A DNA stretch of 64,000 nt. It comes from Puniceicoccaceae bacterium (lineage in GTDB: Bacteria > Verrucomicrobiota > Verrucomicrobiia > Opitutales > Oceanipulchritudinaceae). Shown here in pieces: positions 51,187-60,720 of the stretch. The stretch lies in contig JBFOMH010000004.1 in assembly GCA_040830765.1 (NCBI GenBank), forward strand, positions 1 to 64,000. Reading direction: 5' to 3'. A model generated the notes under the pieces. That model was not told the DNA's origin, did not search any database, and saw only the letters and a list, made by a program, of their open reading frames with translations. Both the position numbers and the translations under genes were made by a program. The first letter of the stretch is position 1, and each line of letters opens with the position of its first letter.

Positions 51187-52492
51187 ACCCACGGGGAACG
51201 GTCTGGTTCTCCTCGACCACAAGACGGTCATCAAGGGGAAGTTTCCACCACTGGAGGTCTATCCGCTTGATGCCCCGACCGGATCCGCCTGGGTGGGTGA
51301 GTTTGACGGAAAGGTGGCATGGCTGTCACTGGGTGACCTCGACGAAAACGCCATCCGCCGATACTGGAAAGGGGAAGTCCGGATCGCAGATGAAGGCCGC
51401 ATCGGTCCTGGGGACCTGTTTGAGGCTTTCCAGGGACAAGCCCGGCTGGAACTGGTGCCCGTCGGGACTGCGTTCCAGCTGTCGGTCTGGCAGGAGCTGG
51501 TTCGTATTCCTTTTGCCACTACACTGACCTATGGGGAACTGGCCGAACGGCTTGGCTCGCCTTCCAAGGCAAGGGCTGTCGGCACGGCAGTGGGGGCCAA
51601 CCCCATCGCCTGGCTCATTCCCTGCCACCGGATCCTTCCGGCTGGGGGCGGCATTGGCAGCTACCGCTGGGGCAGCGCGATCAAGGAGAGCCTCCTGAAC
51701 TGGGAAAACCAGCCCCATCCCACCGGCGCTCCCGATCAGGATGTCGAGGACATCCGCAAGCTGGAAGCGATGCTGCTCAATGCCCAGCGCTTTGAGGACA
51801 TCGCCAAGCTGGCCGGGCACATTGCCCATGACTTGAACAACCTCCTCGCCCCCATCCGGATGGCGACCGAGTTACTGAAGCGCAAACTGGAAGATGATTC
51901 GGTCGGGCGTTATGTGGAAATCATCGAGACCAGTACCGGCCGGGCCCGGGCGGTGATCCAGGAAATCCTTACCTATGCGAGGGAATCGGAAAGCGCGGAC
52001 GCGGAAGTGATCGACATCAACCAGCTTCTCGAGGAACTGGAAGGTCTGGCAGATGATACTTTCCCGGATACGATTACCCTGTCATTTGACTATGATCCGG
52101 AAACTCCCCTGGTGAGCATTGCCCCGCACCAGCTGCACCGCTCCATCCTCAATCTTCTGGTCAATGCCCGGGACGCCATTTCCGGCAGCGGCGAAATCCG
52201 GGTCAAAGTCAGCACCCATGATTTGGAAATGCGGGTCTGCGTCGGGGACCGGTGCATTGTCCCGGGACGTTATGCCTGTATTTCCGTTTCGGATACGGGT
52301 TGTGGCATCAGTCCGGAAATCCGGGAGGAAATATTTGATCCCTTCTTCACCACCAAGCCGAAGGAGAAAGGTACGGGCCTCGGGCTGGCCTCGGTCTTCG
52401 GGATCATCGCCCGATCGGGTGGATTCATCGACCTCGAATCAATCGAGGGCAAGGGCTCGACATTCCATCTGTTCCTGCCTGAAGCAGGATGA
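51170..52492 (+). CDS. Fusion protein: methylated-DNA--protein-cysteine S-methyltransferase (Ogt) plus histidine kinase (HisKA-HATPase_c)
   Basis: Ogt part: GTAFQLSVW..L..IP...TYGELA..LG.P..ARAVG.A...NP....IPCHR...YRWG..K..LL.WE. Coiled-coil linker, then AGHIAHDLNNLL, NLLVNARDA, DTGCGI, IFDPFFTTK and GTGLGL in one uninterrupted frame. Confidence 0.92.
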   Translation: MSSTTEPTGNGLVLLDHKTVIKGKFPPLEVYPLDAPTGSAWVGEFDGKVAWLSLGDLDENAIRRYWKGEVRIADEGRIGPGDLFEAFQGQARLELVPVGTAFQLSVWQELVRIPFATTLTYGELAERLGSPSKARAVGTAVGANPIAWLIPCHRILPAGGGIGSYRWGSAIKESLLNWENQPHPTGAPDQDVEDIRKLEAMLLNAQRFEDIAKLAGHIAHDLNNLLAPIRMATELLKRKLEDDSVGRYVEIIETSTGRARAVIQEILTYARESESADAEVIDINQLLEELEGLADDTFPDTITLSFDYDPETPLVSIAPHQLHRSILNLLVNARDAISGSGEIRVKVSTHDLEMRVCVGDRCIVPGRYACISVSDTGCGISPEIREEIFDPFFTTKPKEKGTGLGLASVFGIIARSGGFIDLESIEGKGSTFHLFLPEAG

Positions 52493-52500
52493 ATGGCCCG

Positions 52501-52800
52501 TTATTCCTTTTTCTCAGGAGCAGCTTCTGCCTCGGGGGCTTCCGCAGCGGGCGCCGGTGGCGGCACCTCTTTGGCGGCTGGTGGAGCCGGCTTCTTTTCC
52601 GGCTCAACGGAATCCATGGCTTCCTGAAAATCGTCCTGCACTTCCTGGGCGGCCTTCTTGAATTCCTTCATGGACTTGCCCAGCCCCTTGGCCAGTTCCG
52701 GAAGCTTCTTGGCCCCAAACAAAAGCAGAATGATAACAAGGATAATCAGCAGCTCGGGACCACCGAAACCCTGAATAAATGCTGGATGGAGTAAATTCAT
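52501..52800 (-). CDS. tatA: Twin-arginine translocase subunit TatA
   Basis: [38 protein letters not shown] with a Pro/Ala/Glu-rich tail. Confidence 0.93.
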   Translation of the reverse strand: MNLLHPAFIQGFGGPELLIILVIILLLFGAKKLPELAKGLGKSMKEFKKAAQEVQDDFQEAMDSVEPEKKPAPPAAKEVPPPAPAAEAPEAEAAPEKKE

Positions 52801-52934
52801 CAACTTCAACCATAAGGTGGGCGGGGCATCTGTAAAGGATAAGAAACAGCTGCCATGGAATGCCGGGAATGTTCTTCGCGCTTGCAAAGTCGCCCGGCCA
52901 TTTGCTTCCTTTGTAGGGGAAGTTTCCCACTGCC

Positions 52935-53387
52935 ATGAAACCGATTAGGCGAGACGAATTAACAACAGCATACATGACCGCCCTGCAAGAGGCAGAAGCC
53001 GCCCTCGAGCAGAGCTATTGCCCGCACTCCGGGCTATCCGTGGCCGCCGGCCTCGTCCTTTCCTCGGGGGAAGTGATCACGGGCATCAACTACGAAAGTG
53101 TCTCCTACGGACTGACCCTGTGCGCCGAGCGCAGCGCCATTACCCGTGCCCAGGTCGAAGGCAAAATCCCGGACGTGGTAGGGCTGGTCCTGTCCGCCTG
53201 CAACCGGGAATCTGAAAAAGACGGTCAGCCCCTCACTCCCTGTGGAGCCTGCCGGCAGTGGTTGCTAGAGCTGAGCAACCGCCTCGGGCGGGACATCCCC
53301 GTCTACAGTTTCTGGAAGGGCACTGATTCCGGATTGGCCGGAACGGTGCGTGAATTATTACCATCGGCCTTTGAATCATTCCAATGA
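52935..53387 (+). CDS. cdd: Cytidine deaminase (homotetrameric type)
   Basis: [30 protein letters not shown] and ELLPSAF. Confidence 0.88.
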   Translation: MKPIRRDELTTAYMTALQEAEAALEQSYCPHSGLSVAAGLVLSSGEVITGINYESVSYGLTLCAERSAITRAQVEGKIPDVVGLVLSACNRESEKDGQPLTPCGACRQWLLELSNRLGRDIPVYSFWKGTDSGLAGTVRELLPSAFESFQ

Positions 53388-54424
53388 AAAGCACCCAAGC
53401 CGCATCCATCGCCATTATCATCACCTTTGTCTTTGCCATCCTGACACTGGGGAAGGATCTCATCATCCCGATGGTCCTGGCCATCTTCATCTGGTACCTC
53501 ATCAACATCCTGGCAGACTCCATCGCCATGCTGAAGATCGGGAAATTCACCCCACCCCGTTTCCTCTGCTTCCTCCTCGCGATGTTTGTCATCTTCGGAT
53601 CGTTGATTGTCTTCACGAACCTGATCAGCACCAGCATTAACAATGTCATCAAGACCGCTCCCTCCTACCAGGCCAATGTGGAAAGCCTGCTGGAACGTGG
53701 TGCCGACCTGATGGGCCTGGACGAGTCGCCGCAGCTGGCAGAGCTGGTCCGCAAGATTGACTTCACGAAGATCATCCAGGGCCTGGGCCTGACCGTTGCC
53801 GGGTTCATTGGAAGTGCCGGGATTATCCTCATCTACACCCTCTTCATCTTTCTTGAGCAGAAATGCTTCCTGCCAAAAATCGATAACATGGTCGGAGGCG
53901 GGCAGCAGCGGGACAAGGTGCGTTCCATCATGCGCCGCATCTACAGCGACACCAAGACCTATATCGGCATCAAGACCCTGACCAGTCTCCTGACCGGATT
54001 TGTCAGCTACTTCATCATGCGCTCCATCGGCCTGGACTTTGCCGTCTTCTGGGCACTGCTGATTTTCCTCTTCAACTACATTCCGACGATTGGGTCCATC
54101 GTGGCCACGGTCTTCCCTTCCATCCTGGCCCTGGTCCAGTTCCCCACCCTGACCCCGTTCTTCATTGTGGTCATCGGCGTGACCGCCACCCAGATGGTTG
54201 TCGGGAATATCATCGAGCCTCGCCTGATGGGGAATACGCTGAACCTGAGCCCATTGGTCATCCTGCTCGCCCTCGCCTTGTGGGGATCGATATGGGGAAT
54301 CCCCGGGGCCATCCTTTGTGTTCCCATCACGGTCCTGATGATGATCATTTTCAGCAATTTCCAGGCCACCCGGCCAATTGCCATTCTCCTTTCCAAGAAC
54401 GGCGAGATCCGGCCGGATTCCTGA
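53384..54424 (+). CDS. AI-2E family transporter
   Basis: Multi-TM protein with NYIPTIGS, IEPRLMG..LNLSPLV and WGIPGAILCVP. Confidence 0.92.
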   Translation: MKSTQAASIAIIITFVFAILTLGKDLIIPMVLAIFIWYLINILADSIAMLKIGKFTPPRFLCFLLAMFVIFGSLIVFTNLISTSINNVIKTAPSYQANVESLLERGADLMGLDESPQLAELVRKIDFTKIIQGLGLTVAGFIGSAGIILIYTLFIFLEQKCFLPKIDNMVGGGQQRDKVRSIMRRIYSDTKTYIGIKTLTSLLTGFVSYFIMRSIGLDFAVFWALLIFLFNYIPTIGSIVATVFPSILALVQFPTLTPFFIVVIGVTATQMVVGNIIEPRLMGNTLNLSPLVILLALALWGSIWGIPGAILCVPITVLMMIIFSNFQATRPIAILLSKNGEIRPDS

Positions 54425-54428
54425 TTCG

Positions 54429-56909
54429 ATGTACCGTTCCCTTTTGATTGCCGCACAACTGGCAGCTGTTGTGGCCTCCGCCGGGCTACCGGAAGACTAT
54501 GGCCAAATCATCCTGAGCCGCCAGTCCTCCCCGGACGTCGAAGCATCAGCTGCTGACCTGGCCGGGTTGCTGGAACGCACCTACGGGGAACGGCCGCTTG
54601 TCCGGTTTGAAAACCTCCTCGGCGGCCCGCGGGGTATCCATGTCGGGCCCGTCAGGGAGCATCCCGCCTTTGACGGGGACCCCCTGACGGATGAAGTCGT
54701 GGTGGAGCGGACTAGGCGGGGACTGGAAATCCGGGGAAGCGACAACACAACGACCGCTTTTGCCGTCTATCGCTTTGCTGAGAACATGCTCGGCTGGCGC
54801 TATTTCCAGCCGGGTCCACTGGGAATGGAACGCCTGGATGACCCGCCCAAACCACCATCAGTCGCCGGCCCGGAGGAAATCCTCCTGCTCGAAAAGGCGG
54901 GATTCCTGAGCCGCAATCCCGATATTCGGGTCTCCCCCGGAGCTTCTCCCAATTGGCGTACCTGGCATGGCTTACGGGAACGGTTTGTCTATAACCATTC
55001 CCTGCACAAGGTCCTGCCGCCGGACAAGTTTGCGGATCACCCGGACTGGTTTGCCAAGGATACCGATGGGCGTCCCATCCGTCAGCCGTATCCCCAGCCC
55101 CATGGATACAACCATCATCCTGACCTCGCCAACCCGGAAGTACGCAACTGGGTAGCCCGGCAAACCCTGACGGCCCTGACAGGGGAAACGGCAAGCGACA
55201 GTTCCCTGCCCCAAGTCAGGCAATCGCCCGGATTAGTGTCGACCAGCCTGAGCCTTGGAGACTCCTACATTTTCGGCAGCTTTCCGGATGAATATCCATG
55301 GGATCCAGATGATTACTTCCGAAGATGGCCCGACTGGAGCAACCATGTCTTCGCCTACACCAATGAGGTCGCGAACGCCATATCGGCGTCATGGCGTCCG
55401 CAAGAGCCCGGCCAGCGACTGGCCCTGGGCGCCCTGGCCTACCTACGCTGGGAAAACATCCCTGACTTTCCGGTCCACTCCTCGGTAGTTCCCTACCTGA
55501 CCTTCGACAGGAGCCAATGGCACGATCCGGATGCCAGGCGGGATGACCCGGAACTTGTCAGCCAATGGAGCTTAGCTGGTCCGGAGATCATCGGGACATG
55601 GGACTATATTTTCGGTTATGGATACCTGATTCCGCGTTCCCTGCGGAAGGTGATCTCCGAATCCATTCCAGCCCTCCACGAGCGGGGTGTCCGGGCCTAC
55701 TATTCCCAGGTGTCCGCCATCTGGCCCTATGATGGCGTGACGAACTGGCTCGCTGCCCGGCTCTTGTGGCAGCCCCAGGCGGATGCAGCCGCTCTCGAAG
55801 CGGAGTTTTTCCGGGAGTTCTATGGTCCCGCGGCAGCCCCTATGCGCGCCTTCCACGACAAGGCGGAATCGCTCTGGATGGGCCAGGAGGGCAAGGGCTG
55901 GTGGCTCCGCTACTGGAAGGATCCCTGGCAGGCGGCCTTGTGGGATGCTGCGGACATTGAGGAGATGGAGGAAACGCTCCAGCAAGCACAGGAGCTGGAC
56001 CGCATGGAGGACGTTGCCACTTCGGACGGGCTTTCCGGATCCCGTTTCCTTGCCCGGGTTCAGGAGGTCGGAAATCTCTTCCAGCTGACGAGCCGCTTCG
56101 TGGAGTATATGCGCCTTTCATGGGAGCTCCAGGGGGGCGATTGGGAATCCGCGGATTCCGTCGGAATTGCCCAGGGGCTGAATCTGGCACTGAAGACCCT
56201 GGAGGCACGGGACCGCTTTGTCGGCAAGTCGGCGGAGGTCCGGCAGCAATCTCCCAACTCCCGCCACGCCCATGACCTCACCTGGCCATTTCGGTATGAC
56301 GGGATTGGGGCAGCGATCGCCGCCCTCCGGCAAAGGGCCGGGGAACTCGGTATGTCGCGCACCTACGGCCCACGGCTGGACGTCCTGATGTTGGCATGGT
56401 CACTGGCCCGCAGCCTGGAGGGAAGGCCCGCCTATTCCGGTGTTTCATCGGTCCTCCGGGACCAGACCTTCGCCTCGATTGAGGACCCGGGCGTGTGGCG
56501 GCAACAGTCGCTTGAATCGGAAGGCATGTTCATGGGAAGCGGCGGCCACGCAGCTGGGTACACTGCCAAGGATGTCCGCCGGGGACATATCTTCCAGGTC
56601 TTTGAGGCACAGGAGGGCCATTTTTATCTGGGAAGCCTTGATCTGGAATCCATCCAGAGTCCCTCCGGCGAAATCTACATCCGGCTCGATTTCTTCAATG
56701 GAAAGGAACTCCTGGCCAAGTCGGCCCGGGGCAGGCTGGCGCCGGTTGCTGAACAGGGTGCGAAGCAAAGGATCCGGGTCCTCTGGCAGGCCCCGGAGGG
56801 CACGACCCATGGACGTATCCTGGTTCGCTTTTATGAGATGGACGAGGGCAGCGAGGCGGACCTTTTCAGGATCAATGTCCTTGATCTGGGCTATCTTGGG
56901 AGCCCATGA
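54429..56909 (+). CDS. Secreted DUF4838-like protein (putative carbohydrate-active)
   Basis: Signal peptide, a GH20/GH67-like N-terminal domain (IRGSD...FAVYRFAE..LGWR), YNHSL, HPDWFA, PDLANP, LAY and WLAARLLWQP...FYGPAA. Confidence 0.7.
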   Translation: MYRSLLIAAQLAAVVASAGLPEDYGQIILSRQSSPDVEASAADLAGLLERTYGERPLVRFENLLGGPRGIHVGPVREHPAFDGDPLTDEVVVERTRRGLEIRGSDNTTTAFAVYRFAENMLGWRYFQPGPLGMERLDDPPKPPSVAGPEEILLLEKAGFLSRNPDIRVSPGASPNWRTWHGLRERFVYNHSLHKVLPPDKFADHPDWFAKDTDGRPIRQPYPQPHGYNHHPDLANPEVRNWVARQTLTALTGETASDSSLPQVRQSPGLVSTSLSLGDSYIFGSFPDEYPWDPDDYFRRWPDWSNHVFAYTNEVANAISASWRPQEPGQRLALGALAYLRWENIPDFPVHSSVVPYLTFDRSQWHDPDARRDDPELVSQWSLAGPEIIGTWDYIFGYGYLIPRSLRKVISESIPALHERGVRAYYSQVSAIWPYDGVTNWLAARLLWQPQADAAALEAEFFREFYGPAAAPMRAFHDKAESLWMGQEGKGWWLRYWKDPWQAALWDAADIEEMEETLQQAQELDRMEDVATSDGLSGSRFLARVQEVGNLFQLTSRFVEYMRLSWELQGGDWESADSVGIAQGLNLALKTLEARDRFVGKSAEVRQQSPNSRHAHDLTWPFRYDGIGAAIAALRQRAGELGMSRTYGPRLDVLMLAWSLARSLEGRPAYSGVSSVLRDQTFASIEDPGVWRQQSLESEGMFMGSGGHAAGYTAKDVRRGHIFQVFEAQEGHFYLGSLDLESIQSPSGEIYIRLDFFNGKELLAKSARGRLAPVAEQGAKQRIRVLWQAPEGTTHGRILVRFYEMDEGSEADLFRINVLDLGYLGSP

Positions 56910-57486
56910 ATTCCGTCATCGTGGCGGCATTCTCGGCATTAATCCCCTCCCGCTGCAGAACCGTCAAAACGGTCTTCCAGAGGATTACCAGGTCGAGCTT
57001 TAGCGAGCGGTTGTCGACGTACCAGACATCATGGCGGAAGCGGTCCTCCCAGCTGAGAAGGTTGCGTCCATTCACCTGGGCCCATCCGGTAATTCCCGGA
57101 AGGCAGTCCTGCCGGCGGGCCTGCTCGGGTGTGTAGCGAGGCAGGTACTTTGTCGGCAGCGGCCGGGGTCCCACCAGGCTCATCTGGCCCCTGAGAACAT
57201 TGAGCAGCTCAGGAAGCTCATCCAGCGAAAGGGACCTCAAGAGGCGGCCGCTGCGGGTGAGGCGCTCCTCGTCCGGCAGCAGGTTACCGTTGCTATCCCG
57301 GAGGTCCTTCATGGTGCGGAACTTGATGATATGAAAGGGTTTCCTCCCCAGCCCGGCCCGTTCCTGACGGAAAAAGGCCGGCCGCCCGAAGGAAATGAGG
57401 ACGAATAGCCACGTCGCGAGAAACAGGAGCAGCCAGATGGGCGCACTGATGAGGATAAGAAGAATGTCCAGGATGCGCTTGGTCAT
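56872..57486 (-). CDS. Monotopic phosphoglycosyl transferase (PglC/EpsL-like sugar transferase)
   Basis: KRILD, FRQERAG, KFRTM, SLDELPELLNVLRGQMSLVGPRP, PGITGWAQVNGRN and DVWYV. Confidence 0.92.
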   Translation of the reverse strand: MTKRILDILLILISAPIWLLLFLATWLFVLISFGRPAFFRQERAGLGRKPFHIIKFRTMKDLRDSNGNLLPDEERLTRSGRLLRSLSLDELPELLNVLRGQMSLVGPRPLPTKYLPRYTPEQARRQDCLPGITGWAQVNGRNLLSWEDRFRHDVWYVDNRSLKLDLVILWKTVLTVLQREGINAENAATMTEFMGSQDSPDQGH

Positions 57487-57511
57487 GGGTGCGAGGGTCC
57501 GCTGGCTGGAA

Positions 57512-59401
57512 TCAGGTAATATACGGCTTATATTCGGGGACAAAGTCCTTGATCATCTGCTTCAGGCTCTCCGTGTTGGCCGTGCCGAATTTTGAGGAGA
57601 TATTTTCCAGAAACGCCTCCACGTCAGCCAGCGGATAAGGCTCACCGGTAAACCGGAGAATCTTCGGATGGTGGGTCGGGGTATATTTTTCCCCAACATG
57701 CTGCAGTTCCTCAAAGAGCTTTTCCCCCGGCCGAAGCCCGATGAAGCTGATCTCAATGTCCTTTTCCGGCTCGTACCCGGAAAGCTGAATCATCCGATGG
57801 GCCAAATCGACAATCTTGATCGGATGGCCCATATCGAGGACGAAGATTTCCCCGCCGGAGGCCTGGGTGGCGCACTGAAGCACGAGCCCGGCTGCCTCGG
57901 GAATGGTCATGAAGTAGCGGATGACCTCGGGATGCGTGACCGTCACCGGTCCCCCCTCGGCAATCTGTTTCCGGAAAAGGGGCACCACGCTTCCGGAGGA
58001 GCCCAGGACGTTACCAAAGCGGACGGCCATGAAACGCGTTTTCGAGCCGTTCGACTGGTTGTAGCTTTGCAGGAAAATTTCCGCCATCCGCTTGCTGGCC
58101 CCCATGACGTTGGTCGGGTTGATGGCCTTGTCGGTCGAAATGAAGATAAAACGCTCCACCTCGTACTCCTTGGCCAGGGTTGCGGTCAGGCGAGTGCCGA
58201 GGGTGTTGTTTTTCAACGCTTCCACCGGCTGGTGCTCCATCATCGGAACATGCTTGTGAGCGGCGGCATGGAAGACGATGTCCGGCTTGTAACGGCTGAA
58301 GAGTTCACGCATCCGCGGCTCGTCACAGACATCGGCAATCAAGGGAAGCACGTTCCCGTTCGTCAGGGCCAGTCGACGGATATCCATTTCGATGGCATAG
58401 AGCTGCACCTCGCAACGGTCAACCAGCAGGAGACGCTCAGGAACGTTACTGAAAATCTGGCGGCACAATTCACTGCCAATGCTCCCTCCGGCACCCGTGA
58501 CCATGACCACCTTGCCCTGGATGAGGGCCCGGATGTCATCGGTGTCCAGGTCCACCTGCTCGCGTCCCAGCAAATCCTCGATCTCTACTGGCCGGATGCG
58601 TGATGCCCGGACCTTGCCGGTGGCCAGCTCCGAAACCGACGGCATGATGTCCGTGCTCAGGCCAAGGGCACCGGCTGCCTCGGTTATTTCCAGGATCCGC
58701 TTTGGGGAAGCTGTCGGCATGGCAAGAATAATCCCCTGGATGCCAAACCGCTTTTTCATCTCCTCGAGCTCGTCCGTTCCTCCCGCAACCGGGATGCCAT
58801 GAATCCGATGGCGCCATTTTTTACGATTATCGTCGAGAAAAACGACCGGACGCAGGCCAACGGCGGCCCGGCTCAATAAATCATAGGCCAGATTCGCCCC
58901 GGTCATGCCGGCTCCGAGGATGGCAACCCGTTTTCGCTTCCTGAGAGTGGCTGAATCCTGCATATACCGCTCCCGGTAAACCCGCAGGGACATCCGGAAG
59001 GCGGTCAGGAAAAAGAGGCTGAAAATGTAATCCGCCAGCAGGACACTGCGGGGGGAAATGATGAAATCGGGCATGATATACCATGCCTGGACGAGCAGAA
59101 TCGACGACAAGGTGAGGGCCATCCCGATGCGGTTCAGGTCCGGCAGGCGGAAGTAGCTCAGGAGGATCCCGAATTGCCCGAAGAGCATGAGGAAGAACAA
59201 CTTAATGGCCACCACGAGGGGCAAGGCGAGGACGTATTCCAGCTGGTAGGTTTCCGGAATCACGAAGTCCCACCGGAGCAAATAGCCAATCCACAGGCTG
59301 ACCGCGAAGATGGCACTGTAGATCAGGACCAGGGAAATCGTCCGTCCCAGAAGAAACTGGCCGGCGACCGACTTGATGAGGCTGTTCAGGCGCTTCTGCA
59401 T
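57512..59401 (-). CDS. Membrane-bound UDP-GlcNAc 4,6-dehydratase (CapD/WbpM/PglF family)
   Basis: Four N-terminal TMs, a CoA-binding-like domain, EDLLGR, TGAGGSIGSEL, HAAAHKHVP, STDKAINPTNVMGASK and RFGNVLGSSGSV. Confidence 0.93.
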   Translation of the reverse strand: MQKRLNSLIKSVAGQFLLGRTISLVLIYSAIFAVSLWIGYLLRWDFVIPETYQLEYVLALPLVVAIKLFFLMLFGQFGILLSYFRLPDLNRIGMALTLSSILLVQAWYIMPDFIISPRSVLLADYIFSLFFLTAFRMSLRVYRERYMQDSATLRKRKRVAILGAGMTGANLAYDLLSRAAVGLRPVVFLDDNRKKWRHRIHGIPVAGGTDELEEMKKRFGIQGIILAMPTASPKRILEITEAAGALGLSTDIMPSVSELATGKVRASRIRPVEIEDLLGREQVDLDTDDIRALIQGKVVMVTGAGGSIGSELCRQIFSNVPERLLLVDRCEVQLYAIEMDIRRLALTNGNVLPLIADVCDEPRMRELFSRYKPDIVFHAAAHKHVPMMEHQPVEALKNNTLGTRLTATLAKEYEVERFIFISTDKAINPTNVMGASKRMAEIFLQSYNQSNGSKTRFMAVRFGNVLGSSGSVVPLFRKQIAEGGPVTVTHPEVIRYFMTIPEAAGLVLQCATQASGGEIFVLDMGHPIKIVDLAHRMIQLSGYEPEKDIEISFIGLRPGEKLFEELQHVGEKYTPTHHPKILRFTGEPYPLADVEAFLENISSKFGTANTESLKQMIKDFVPEYKPYIT

Positions 59402-59523
59402 CTATTGTGAGGACAAACCTTCAACAAGAGTTGTTCAGGTTCTTCTGACAAGCGAAATCTGGATCGTCGCCTATGGCCGATGAAATCCCGCTGGGGAGCT
59501 CAAATCTCTTTTCTAAATTGTTA

Positions 59524-59596
59524 TTGACAAGGAACTGGGAAACTTATGAAACATATATAGGTATAATCCCCTATTTTAGTCGCGAAAACTAAATAA
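59524..59596 (+). promoter_or_regulatory. AT-rich promoter region upstream of wecA
   Basis: TTGACA at 59524-59529 and TATAAT at 59562-59567 are too far apart for one promoter, so tandem promoters are possible. An inverted repeat tttagt...actaaa lies at about 59575-59593. Confidence 0.45.
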
Positions 59597-59604
59597 ACAG
59601 TCAC

Positions 59605-60714
59605 ATGGTCAATTCTACATACATACAGGTTTTCCTGTTTGTCTCGGGACTCGCTGTCGGGATCACGGCTACAGCCGTGCTCACTGTCCTGGTCAAACGC
59701 CTGGCGCTGCGCTGGAACCTGGTCGACAATCCGAATCACCGGAGTGTCCATTCCAAGCCCATTCCCCGTGTCGGGGGCATCGCCATTGTCGGCGGGTTCA
59801 TTGTTGGACTCACCTATTTTTACATGCTGCAGCTCATCGTCGAGGATTTCGCCTGGATAATCGATTTTCCAAGCAAATGGATTCTCCTGGGAGCGGGCAT
59901 GATGTTCCTTCTCGGGCTGGTGGATGATGTCCTCCACCTGAAGGCACGGGTTAAGCTCTTTTTCCAGGCATTGGCCGCATTTATCGTGGTCGGCGCCGGA
60001 TACCGGTTTGAAATTCCCTTCCTGCAATTCCAGGACATGGGGACCCTCAACACCATCATCTCTGGTGGCATCACCTTCCTCTGGATTATCGGCATCATCA
60101 ATGCCGTCAACCTGATGGATGGCATGGACGGGCTTGCTGCCGGAATGGGCGTGATTGCTGTCAGCAGCCTGAGCATTGCCCTGGCCCTCAACGGTTATGG
60201 CTCGGACATCGTCCTGGTCACTGCCTTTGTTGCCGCACTGGTCGGATTCCTCGTTTATAACACGCATCCGGCAAGCATTTTCATGGGGGATTCCGGGAGC
60301 CTATTCCTTGGGTTCATCCTCGCCACCTTTGCCTTGCCGACCTCCGGCATGCCTGTGGGTGGCCTCTCCTATCTTGTCCCGATCCTCGCGCTCGGCCTGC
60401 CCATCCTTGACACCGCCACGGCCATTTTCCGTCGCGCTTCCCAAGGCAAAGGCGTTTTTACCGCCGACCGGGATCACATCCACCACCGCATCCTGCAAAA
60501 GACCGGCCAGAAGCAGCGTTCCGCTGTTTTCGCGCTCTACGCAGTCAACGTGGTCTTCGGGGTGATGGCCATTCTCATCCTCACCTCCCAGGCCTTCGCC
60601 CAAGTGGCGCTTATCCTTTCACTAACCGCAATTTTCTGTCTTCTGTTCCTTCTCAAGCTGGGATACATTCAGATCAAACAAGAATCTCCACTTAAAGACT
60701 CCCAAGCACATTAA
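59605..60714 (+). CDS. wecA: Undecaprenyl-phosphate GlcNAc-1-phosphate transferase (WecA/TagO; MraY-like glycosyl transferase family 4)
   Basis: VDNPNHRSVH..PIPRVGG, GLVDD, NAVNLMDGMDGL, IFMGDSGS, PILDT and DRDHIHHR. Confidence 0.88.
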   Translation: MVNSTYIQVFLFVSGLAVGITATAVLTVLVKRLALRWNLVDNPNHRSVHSKPIPRVGGIAIVGGFIVGLTYFYMLQLIVEDFAWIIDFPSKWILLGAGMMFLLGLVDDVLHLKARVKLFFQALAAFIVVGAGYRFEIPFLQFQDMGTLNTIISGGITFLWIIGIINAVNLMDGMDGLAAGMGVIAVSSLSIALALNGYGSDIVLVTAFVAALVGFLVYNTHPASIFMGDSGSLFLGFILATFALPTSGMPVGGLSYLVPILALGLPILDTATAIFRRASQGKGVFTADRDHIHHRILQKTGQKQRSAVFALYAVNVVFGVMAILILTSQAFAQVALILSLTAIFCLLFLLKLGYIQIKQESPLKDSQAH

Positions 60715-60720
60715 TCAAAT

